A stretch of DNA of 64,000 nucleotides, from the NCBI GenBank assembly GCA_044070495.1, contig JBIPSI010000007.1, forward strand, positions 96,001-160,000, read 5' to 3'. Every line of letters starts with the position of its first letter. The first letter of the stretch is position 1. The stretch comes from Spirulina sp. (lineage in GTDB: Bacteria > Cyanobacteriota > Cyanobacteriia > Phormidesmidales > Phormidesmidaceae). Below are positions 56,837 through 64,000 of the stretch, piece by piece. Below the pieces are notes generated by a model. That model was given only the letters and a program-made list of their open reading frames with translations, was not told the DNA's origin and searched no databases. The position numbers and the translations under genes are program-made.

Positions 56837-57931
56837 CTAGGACAGGGCTAGGGCTTCAGTGGCTAGGGTTCTGGCGTTCTCTGGTTCGAGGTCAGGATCA
56901 AAGTCCATGGCACCGTTGCCAACCTGGAGCATATCCGTCAGCAGGGCGCTGGGGGGATGGTGGTGAGGCCAGGCAAAGGCATGGCGGAAGGAGGCTTCTT
57001 GGCAGGCCTGGAGGGCATCAAAGCCGATTACATCGTGGGTGAGCAGGTTTTCGTACTCAAAGGGTAGGCGGACGTTGTGCAGTCCGGCGTTGTCGGTGCA
57101 GATGGCGATGTCTACCCCGGCCTCGAAGCAGCGGTCAAACACGGTGCGGAGTTGGTGAATGCTCTCCAATGTCCCCGTTTTCAGGTAGGTGGTGGGGCAC
57201 ACCTCTAGGCATTGCCCCCGCGCCGCCAGTTCCGGCAAGAGTTCGGGATGGTGCAGGGGGATTTGAATGCCGTGGCCGATGCGCATTAGGTAGGGCAGCA
57301 GTTGGGGGTGGCATCCAGCGGAGGTTTCGTAGAGGTGTCCGGTGGTCTTGAGGCCCAACTGTTGGGCACGTTGATAGAGCTGAATAAACTCCTCCATGCG
57401 CTCCACGTACTGGGCATCGCCCCCGGCCACATCCACCGCACAGACGTATTCGGGATACTGGGCCGCCAGTTCCACAATCGCCCGATTCACCTCCGGAGGC
57501 AGGTTGGAGTGCATGCAGAGAATCTGCCGAGTCACGATGGGATATTCCACCTGCTGGCTGGCGCGGCCCACAATTTCAATCACGTTGGCCATGGCCTCGA
57601 TGCGCTGGTTTTGGGGCAGATGTTCTGGGGTGCGCAGGTAGGGGGTATAGCGCAGTTCTAAGTAGGCCAGATTTTCAAAGATGTAGGCTCCCCGAATCAG
57701 GCGATAGATGAAGTAGGGCAGGGCTTCCTGGGTTTGCACACTTTCCACCAGGGTGTGCAGTTCTAGGTATTCCGCCAGGGTGTTGCGGGGCTGGGTATAG
57801 AACTGTTCAAAGGCGGCGTAGTCGGCAAACTGGCTGGATAGATCGGGCCGATTGCGCTGAAAGTAGCGCCAGAGGATACGGGGCACCACGGATCCGCCTA
57901 GGTGGCGGTGCAGTTCGGCATAGAGACTCAT
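56837..57931 (-). CDS. Adenosine deaminase family amidohydrolase
   Basis: AELHRHLGGS, YLELRYTP, GHLYE, RIGHG, LEVCPT, ICTDN. Confidence 0.88.
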   Translation of the reverse strand: MSLYAELHRHLGGSVVPRILWRYFQRNRPDLSSQFADYAAFEQFYTQPRNTLAEYLELHTLVESVQTQEALPYFIYRLIRGAYIFENLAYLELRYTPYLRTPEHLPQNQRIEAMANVIEIVGRASQQVEYPIVTRQILCMHSNLPPEVNRAIVELAAQYPEYVCAVDVAGGDAQYVERMEEFIQLYQRAQQLGLKTTGHLYETSAGCHPQLLPYLMRIGHGIQIPLHHPELLPELAARGQCLEVCPTTYLKTGTLESIHQLRTVFDRCFEAGVDIAICTDNAGLHNVRLPFEYENLLTHDVIGFDALQACQEASFRHAFAWPHHHPPSALLTDMLQVGNGAMDFDPDLEPENARTLATEALALS

Positions 57932-58301
57932 GGGAGGCAATCCTTAATTTAATGGAAAAAACAAAATGGTGAAAATCACGGGTAGATAAAACAAAGTCAT
58001 CAGGTGTGCCAAAACACCCTGACAACGGAAACAGCCATTCAGTGAAGATCGCTTTCGTGACGCAAGGCCTAGAACCGGGCTCCGATCAATGCCGCTTAGC
58101 CCATGCCGTCCACTGAAATCCCTCAACCAAGGGAATCCTATATAGGACGAAATCAGAATGCTCTCCATCTACCGAAGCTAGGACATCCCAGACCTCGGTG
58201 GGCATCGATCAGCACAACACCTTGTATGTAACGAAAAACGTTAGGAAAATTATGGTTCTATCTGTTCTATCGCAAATTTCACAGATTGGCCATATATTCC
58301 A

Positions 58302-59429
58302 CTATTCCAACGACAAATCTTTCAACACCTGGGTCTCCAACGATGATTCCAAGCCTGAAAGATAGGCCACCACGGCCTCGGCAATTTGGCGATTGCCCTC
58401 GGTGGATAGGACGCCTTCCTGGCGAGGTGGGTGGAGGGGTTCTGTTAAAAAGGCCCAGTCCCCTCGGAAAAATTCGTCTGGGATTAAGACCTGATGCCAG
58501 CTATGGTCTTGCAGGCCGTTGACCAACACTGGCCCCTCGGCAAAGTCGTCGCGGGTGATGGTGATAACAGGCACGCCTAGGCGACAGGCTTCGGAGAAGG
58601 TGCTAAATCCCGGCTTCGAGACCATGCGGCCACAGAGGGGCATCACATCCACCGGGCGATATCCCTGGCGCGGTACCGGGCGCAGGTTCGGCAGCGGGGG
58701 GATCGCCTGGTCGAAGGTGAGAAACTGCCAGTCGGGGAAACGGCAAAGCTGGTCGTAGGGGATAGCCTGGAGGCCCAGGCCGCCAAAGGTAAGCAAGACG
58801 GTTTGTTCTGGGGGCGTTTGGATGTCTAGTTGCTCCCGCAGTTCCGCCACCGAGTAGCGGGGGTTGCCCCCGGTCAATCCGGCATCCTCAGTCCTTGGGA
58901 AGGCCCCCATAGATTCGTGGAAGGGCAGGCGAAAGAGGCGATCACACTGGCTAAAGCAGGACTCAATCCAGGCGACGGCGTCGGCAAACTCGTCCCCAAA
59001 GGCGCGGTAGATAAAATCCCAGCCAAAGTTACTCATCATCCAGCAGGGCACCCCCGCCGCGTGGGCCAGGGGCACCGCCAGGGGCGGAATATCCGCCAGC
59101 ACCAAATCGACCCCTCGCTGCTTTAGGTAGGTGGACTCTTCGGCCACGATGCCCTGTTCTTGGGCACGAATGTGATCGAGTTTGGCCAGGGTAGCGGGCA
59201 AATCCATGGTCAAACTATCCGCCTGAATCACGCCAATATCCAGCGCCACCGGACGATACTCGTACTCCACGGGCAAATACTCATCCAGCAACCACTTGGG
59301 AGCCGTGGTCGCCAGAATCAGGTCAACCTCCGGGGCCAACATCTTTACCGTGGCCGCCACCGACGACGCCCGTGTGGCATGGCCGAAGCCGTGGTTAGTA
59401 ATTGCAACGTAGAGGGTGGGAGCCGCCAT
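58302..59429 (-). CDS. GT-B glycosyltransferase-like protein
   Basis: AITNHGFGHATR, LADIPPL, SNFGWD, SKPGFSTFSEA. Confidence 0.8.
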   Translation of the reverse strand: MAAPTLYVAITNHGFGHATRASSVAATVKMLAPEVDLILATTAPKWLLDEYLPVEYEYRPVALDIGVIQADSLTMDLPATLAKLDHIRAQEQGIVAEESTYLKQRGVDLVLADIPPLAVPLAHAAGVPCWMMSNFGWDFIYRAFGDEFADAVAWIESCFSQCDRLFRLPFHESMGAFPRTEDAGLTGGNPRYSVAELREQLDIQTPPEQTVLLTFGGLGLQAIPYDQLCRFPDWQFLTFDQAIPPLPNLRPVPRQGYRPVDVMPLCGRMVSKPGFSTFSEACRLGVPVITITRDDFAEGPVLVNGLQDHSWHQVLIPDEFFRGDWAFLTEPLHPPRQEGVLSTEGNRQIAEAVVAYLSGLESSLETQVLKDLSLE

Positions 59430-59544
59430 GGGGAATCTCGCTAAAACACGGGATAGGGTGGAGACGAAACTGCGTCATGGCTCTATGGCTTGCCCCCTGG
59501 TGTCCATGGAGGTTTGGCGAGGTCATGACGCTGGATGATTCGGA

Positions 59545-60519
59545 TTATTCAGGGTCGATCTGAACCTGAACAAGACCAGCCTCGGTGATGGGCTGCTGCC
59601 AAATGCCAGTACTCGGGGCCAGGGAGATCAGGTCTTCGATATTTTGGCGCATGGTTTGGCAGATGGCATCGAGGGGCAGATCGTTGGGATCATTGCCAAA
59701 GGGATTTTCGATTTCAATGCCAATGGCCTCAATGCCAAACACCGCAAAGCTAATTAGCCCCACCAAAAAGGGGGTGCCCCAACCGACGGAATCCACCATT
59801 TGAAAGGGCAGGGCCAAGCAATACAACATCAGCAGTTGTTTCAGATGGATGGAATAGGCTAGGGGGATCGGGGTTTTGAGAATACGCTCACAGCCGCCCA
59901 GGGTATCGACCAGACCATCGAGGGCCTTGAGGCAGGCCGCGAGTTGGTAGGGATGGAGCTTGTGCTGAGCCTGTTGAGTCTGGAGATAATCGGCAATCCA
60001 AAAGGCAATTTCCAGGGGCGGATTGTTCATGGTCTGGAGTTTTGCGAACTGTTTATCGGAGATCAGTCCGGTTAATTCAGAATTGGGATGTTCGCCGCGC
60101 AGATGCAGTTTTAGGGCAATGGCAAAGGCAGGCAAGAGGCGAATGGCGGTGATCTTAGCCTCGTGGTCGGCGGGGTATTTTTCTTGAATGGCCACCCACA
60201 TTTGGCGAGCTAGGTTGCGGGTGAGGTTCACCACATTGCCCCACAGCTTGCGCCCCTCCCAAAACCGCTCGTAGGAGGTGTTGGTGCGAAACACCAGCAG
60301 CAAACCCAACACCAGACTGGGCACTAGGGAACCCAAAATCGGCGACGATACCGTCCAGCCCCGCCGATGCAGCAGATAGATCAAGAAGGCAAATAACCCA
60401 CACAACAAGGTGCGCGGCAGCACCGCCGGAATCACCGACCCCTGTACGCTAAACAAATCCCGAAACCAGGGACGTTCATGGCAGTGCGGCCCACGGCCCC
60501 TAGAAAAAAGCTTGATCAC
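59545..60519 (-). CDS. Bestrophin family ion channel
   Basis: LLLVFRTNTSYERFWEGRKLWG, CERILKTPIP, IENPFG.DPNDL. Confidence 0.92.
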   Translation of the reverse strand: MIKLFSRGRGPHCHERPWFRDLFSVQGSVIPAVLPRTLLCGLFAFLIYLLHRRGWTVSSPILGSLVPSLVLGLLLVFRTNTSYERFWEGRKLWGNVVNLTRNLARQMWVAIQEKYPADHEAKITAIRLLPAFAIALKLHLRGEHPNSELTGLISDKQFAKLQTMNNPPLEIAFWIADYLQTQQAQHKLHPYQLAACLKALDGLVDTLGGCERILKTPIPLAYSIHLKQLLMLYCLALPFQMVDSVGWGTPFLVGLISFAVFGIEAIGIEIENPFGNDPNDLPLDAICQTMRQNIEDLISLAPSTGIWQQPITEAGLVQVQIDPE

Positions 60520-60782
60520 CTACGGTTCCCCGCGCGTTTTGGTTCAACCTGGGGTCAGCGGACGACGCCTCAGGCCATTGCTCTGTCTAGTCTAAGGCGG
60601 CACCTCAATCAACGGCAGTAAACAAACGGCCAGCCCTATCCTTATTCCTATCCTGATTTAGGGCGACCACCCAGCCGAGGATGTCCTAGGTTCTGCAAAA
60701 CTCAACAAAACCCTAAGCCTGCTTGGGCAGGTAAGGCAAACCAGCTTAAGATTGAAGGGCAAATTTTGAAGGCATCCCGTAG

Positions 60783-61832
60783 TTGACTGCGCCTGTGGTT
60801 TCCCCTGTGGTTCCTCCCAAACCCTCTCACTCTTCGGCGGCGATGGCTCCGTTGCGCCCTAGGGCTCGCCTCGCCCAAGGGTTGCTGTCGCCCCAGCGGG
60901 CCTACCTGTGGGGGCTGGGCCTAGGCAGCTTTGCCCTAGGCTTGGTGAATGGAGCGCTGGTGATTTCCACGGGCATTGGGGTGCTGGCCTATCGGCAACT
61001 GGCGCAGTTGTCCCCGGATCAGCAGCAAGCCCTGCGGCGACGGATTCAGGCGGCGGTGCCCTTGCCCCGTTCTCTGGGTCAGCAGGCCCTTGTGCTCAGC
61101 CTCATGCTGGGGGCTAGCACCTACACCGTCACGGCCCTCTGGCAAAGCACCCACTCTCTGCTGATGGCCCTTGTGCTCACCGGGCAAACGGCCTTGACCT
61201 TTTTTGTGGTGGTGGCCCTGCTGCGCTCCCCCGCCGACAAAGCCACCGATCCCCATCCCACCAAACGGGCCGATGGTGTTCTGGGGGCGACAAATCCTAC
61301 CAACTCAGCCATGGGCGGACTCACCACCGGCCAAACCCTAGAGGTGCCCGTTGTCCCCGCCCCCGCCCCAAACCCACCGCGCATCCCTACGGAGGCCGAG
61401 CGTTTTGATCAAGCCCTGGCCCACCTCACCCAGGCCGATCCCCTCCAGCGGTTGATTGCTGTACGCCAACTGGTGCGTCTCGTCCACCAGGCCCCCGTGG
61501 AAACGGCCTATATTGCTGAGGCGCAGGTATCCATGCAGTCCCATCTAATCGACTGTTTCCACATCCTGCTGGCCCACGAACCGGAACCCATCGTGCGTTC
61601 CGCCGTCCGGGAAGGCTTAGCGATCCTCCGCCAGCCGCCGCCCCAGGAGAATGCCCTGCCCGCTGGATCCAAACCCCTGCCCGATTTGGCCCTACCCGAA
61701 CCCGATCCCTGGGCCGATCCGCTGCCCACCCCCGCCCGTGAGACTACTCCCTCGCCCGCTGCCGTGGCCACGGATCCACCACCCCGATCCTCGCCACGGC
61801 GCACCGTTGACTATATTGAACTAGAGATTTGA
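60783..61832 (+). CDS. Hypothetical membrane protein with a C-terminal HEAT/ARM-like segment
   Basis: N-terminal TM helices; LTQADPLQRLIAVRQL...EPEPIVRSA; start uncertain. Confidence 0.6.
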   Translation: MTAPVVSPVVPPKPSHSSAAMAPLRPRARLAQGLLSPQRAYLWGLGLGSFALGLVNGALVISTGIGVLAYRQLAQLSPDQQQALRRRIQAAVPLPRSLGQQALVLSLMLGASTYTVTALWQSTHSLLMALVLTGQTALTFFVVVALLRSPADKATDPHPTKRADGVLGATNPTNSAMGGLTTGQTLEVPVVPAPAPNPPRIPTEAERFDQALAHLTQADPLQRLIAVRQLVRLVHQAPVETAYIAEAQVSMQSHLIDCFHILLAHEPEPIVRSAVREGLAILRQPPPQENALPAGSKPLPDLALPEPDPWADPLPTPARETTPSPAAVATDPPPRSSPRRTVDYIELEI

Positions 61833-61841
61833 GGCTTTCCT

Positions 61842-62564
61842 ATGGATCGGTTTACCGTTGAGGTGATTTCCCAAACCGCTAACCCTCAGCAGACCATGTA
61901 TGCCGCGATGCATCAGGACTATGCCGAGGGGTTTGTGGCCCACGAACGGGACAAATGGCCCAGCGAAGAGCGCTGCGGCGACATTCTCGTCACCAACCTG
62001 CTCAAGGGTGGACGCGGCCATTACGGCCCCCTCGAACACCCCCAAATTGTCTTTAACGTCGGCTGGTTTCCCCACAGCACCATGCAGCAAATCAGGACTC
62101 ATCGCGTGGGCGTGAGCTTTGATGTGCAGAGTTTCCGCTATACCGGACAACGCATTTTAGATGTGGTAGACGGCAAGCGCGATGTGGAAGAAGTTTTCTA
62201 TCTGCGGCCCCTAGGGTTTTATAGCGACCGTCAGGGTAAAAAGTACGAATACACTGCCGAGGCCCGCCAGCAGGATATGGAATGGTGTTTAGAGGCCAGT
62301 CGTCGCTATAAGCAACGCATTGAACAGGGCTTTGCGGAGGAACATGCGCGGGGGCTCATTCCCTTTGATATTCGTCAACATTGGGTGATGTCGGCCAATG
62401 TGCGTTCGGTGATGCACCTGTTGGATTTGCGCTGGAAAGCCGATGCCCAGCTAGAGGCCCAAAAGCTGTGTGAGGAAATTTGGCCCCATTTCCAGGCTTG
62501 GGTTCCGGCCATTGCGGCCTGGTACGAAGAAAACCGTCTGAAAAAGGCTAGGTTATCGCCCTAG
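61842..62564 (+). CDS. thyX: FAD-dependent thymidylate synthase
   Basis: GHYGPLEH, QIRTHRVGVSFDVQSFRY, EEHARG, DLRWKADAQLE. Confidence 0.93.
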   Translation: MDRFTVEVISQTANPQQTMYAAMHQDYAEGFVAHERDKWPSEERCGDILVTNLLKGGRGHYGPLEHPQIVFNVGWFPHSTMQQIRTHRVGVSFDVQSFRYTGQRILDVVDGKRDVEEVFYLRPLGFYSDRQGKKYEYTAEARQQDMEWCLEASRRYKQRIEQGFAEEHARGLIPFDIRQHWVMSANVRSVMHLLDLRWKADAQLEAQKLCEEIWPHFQAWVPAIAAWYEENRLKKARLSP

Positions 62565-62566
62565 GG

Positions 62567-64000
62567 CTAGGTTGTGGATATCGGGGCAGTTGCTAGGGGG
62601 CAAGATGGGTGCAGCCAGGCTTCTGCTTCCTCTGCCGGGAGAGGTTTGGCAAACCAATAGCCCTGGCCGTACTGGCAGCGGAGTTGTTTGAGGTAGTCCA
62701 CATGGGCTTGGGTTTCCACTCCTTCGGCCACCACATCGAGCTTAAGGCTGGTGGCCATGGCGATAATGGCTCCCACAATTTGGCTGCTCTCAGGCCGCCG
62801 GTGCAGGTTCATGATGAAGGAACGGTCGATTTTGAGCGTCCGCATCGGGTACTGATGAATGTAGCTGAGGGAGGAATAGCCGGTACCAAAATCGTCAAGG
62901 CTGAGGCCAAACCCCAGTTGGCTAAGGGTTTGCAGGGTGCGGTGGGTGATGTCGCTCTTGTCCATCAGGGCCGACTCGGTTACCTCTAGTTTGATCTGGT
63001 GGGGCTGGAGACCATTGGCCTGGATCGTCTGGGTCACCTGATCGACTAGGTCGGGGCGGGTGAAGTGGCGGGTGGATAGATTGAGACTCAGAAAAATCGG
63101 CGGCATCCGGGGGATACCACGTTGCCACTGGGCCAGTTGTTGGCAGGCGATGGCCATCACCTGGTCATCGATGGCGAGGATAAGGCCCATCTCTTCAGCC
63201 ACCGGGATAAAGTAATCCGGCGGAACGAGCCCTTTGGTGGGGTGTTGCCAGCGTACCAGCACCTCAAACCCCGCCAGGGTCATGGTGTCTAGGTGAATAA
63301 TGGGCTGATAGTAGACGACGAGTTCATGGCGGCTACAGGCATTGCGGAGATCCGTTTCCAGTTCCAGGCGCTCAATGGCTCGCTGCTGCATACTGGTGTC
63401 GTAGAGGGCAAACTGGGATCGGCCTTGCTGCTTGGCGCGATACATGGCAATTTCCGCATCCCGCAGCATGTCCTGGGCTTGGTAGTAGAGCACCATCGAC
63501 CCCTGCCCTTGCAGGGTAATGCCAAGGCTAACCGATACCGTTAGGCTATGATCCCCCAGGACAAAGGGGTGCTGCATAGTACGACAAATGGCATCCGCCA
63601 GTTGGGTAATGTCTACCAGCCGCGTGACGCCATTCACCTGCACCGCAAACTCATCCCCGCCCAACCGCGCCACAAAGTCCTCAGAACGGAGGCAAGTGCG
63701 TAGGCGAGTGGCGACCTCAATCAGCAGTTGGTCGCCAACGCCATGCCCCATGCAGTCGTTGATTTGCTTAAAGTTGTCGATATCGATCATCAGCACCGCC
63801 AGGGCAGGATAGGATCCCGTCGCGGCGGTTTGTAGGGATCGATCCAGATGGCTGAAAAAGAGTGCTCGGTTGGGTAGCCCTGTCAGCGTATCGTGGGAGG
63901 TGCGGTAGGCCAGTTGGGCCTCGGTGGTCTTGAGGTCGGTGATATCCATCAACACCCCGTCCAGGCAACGCCGCTGGTTGTCCCGACTCACCTGCCCCTG
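62567..64000 (-). CDS. GGDEF-EAL c-di-GMP signalling protein, 3' part (5' end beyond window)
   Basis: PAC tail DITDLK, HDTLTGLPNR, RLGGDEF, FEVLVRWQHP, LDDFGTGYSSL, AEGVET. Confidence 0.93.
   Translation of the reverse strand, partial: QGQVSRDNQRRCLDGVLMDITDLKTTEAQLAYRTSHDTLTGLPNRALFFSHLDRSLQTAATGSYPALAVLMIDIDNFKQINDCMGHGVGDQLLIEVATRLRTCLRSEDFVARLGGDEFAVQVNGVTRLVDITQLADAICRTMQHPFVLGDHSLTVSVSLGITLQGQGSMVLYYQAQDMLRDAEIAMYRAKQQGRSQFALYDTSMQQRAIERLELETDLRNACSRHELVVYYQPIIHLDTMTLAGFEVLVRWQHPTKGLVPPDYFIPVAEEMGLILAIDDQVMAIACQQLAQWQRGIPRMPPIFLSLNLSTRHFTRPDLVDQVTQTIQANGLQPHQIKLEVTESALMDKSDITHRTLQTLSQLGFGLSLDDFGTGYSSLSYIHQYPMRTLKIDRSFIMNLHRRPESSQIVGAIIAMATSLKLDVVAEGVETQAHVDYLKQLRCQYGQGYWFAKPLPAEEAEAWLHPSCPLATAPISTT

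Overview
This window is chromosomal DNA from a GC-rich cyanobacterium (Leptolyngbya/Nodosilinea-like gene content; the taxon is an inference). Most of it is housekeeping genes: ychF, rsmE, dnaX, rnhA, gshA, trmL, tRNA-Met, pgl, hypA/B/E, lptA/lptB/lptF-G, cinA, era, pgsA, tldD, thyX, a GH1 glucosidase, two M23 peptidases, a GGDEF-EAL protein and the 5' part of a large DUF4347/cadherin surface protein. Four things stand out. (1) An AT-richer island (about 12.0-16.6 kb) carries a six-gene operon for a divergent cobalt-type nitrile hydratase: COG0523 GTPase, DUF1097 membrane protein, beta, alpha, P14K-like activator and HupE/UreJ. It has a class II NtcA promoter, no amidase, and an IS5 transposase remnant at its edge. 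(2) The DnaX mini-intein hides an out-of-frame 57-aa 'CACGCG...F.RGH' ORF, the likely remnant of a nested homing endonuclease gene. (3) Tiny mobile elements are nested in layers: several MITE shell families with TIRs and TSDs carry exchangeable REP-like hairpin cargo, and 22-26-nt double-hairpin micro-insertions occur, one of which frameshifts a gene. (4) Two small ORFs are missing from the ORF track, including a 43-aa Arg-rich PirA-like protein behind two perfect NtcA boxes. All calls come from reading the sequence and recalled motifs; no searches were run.
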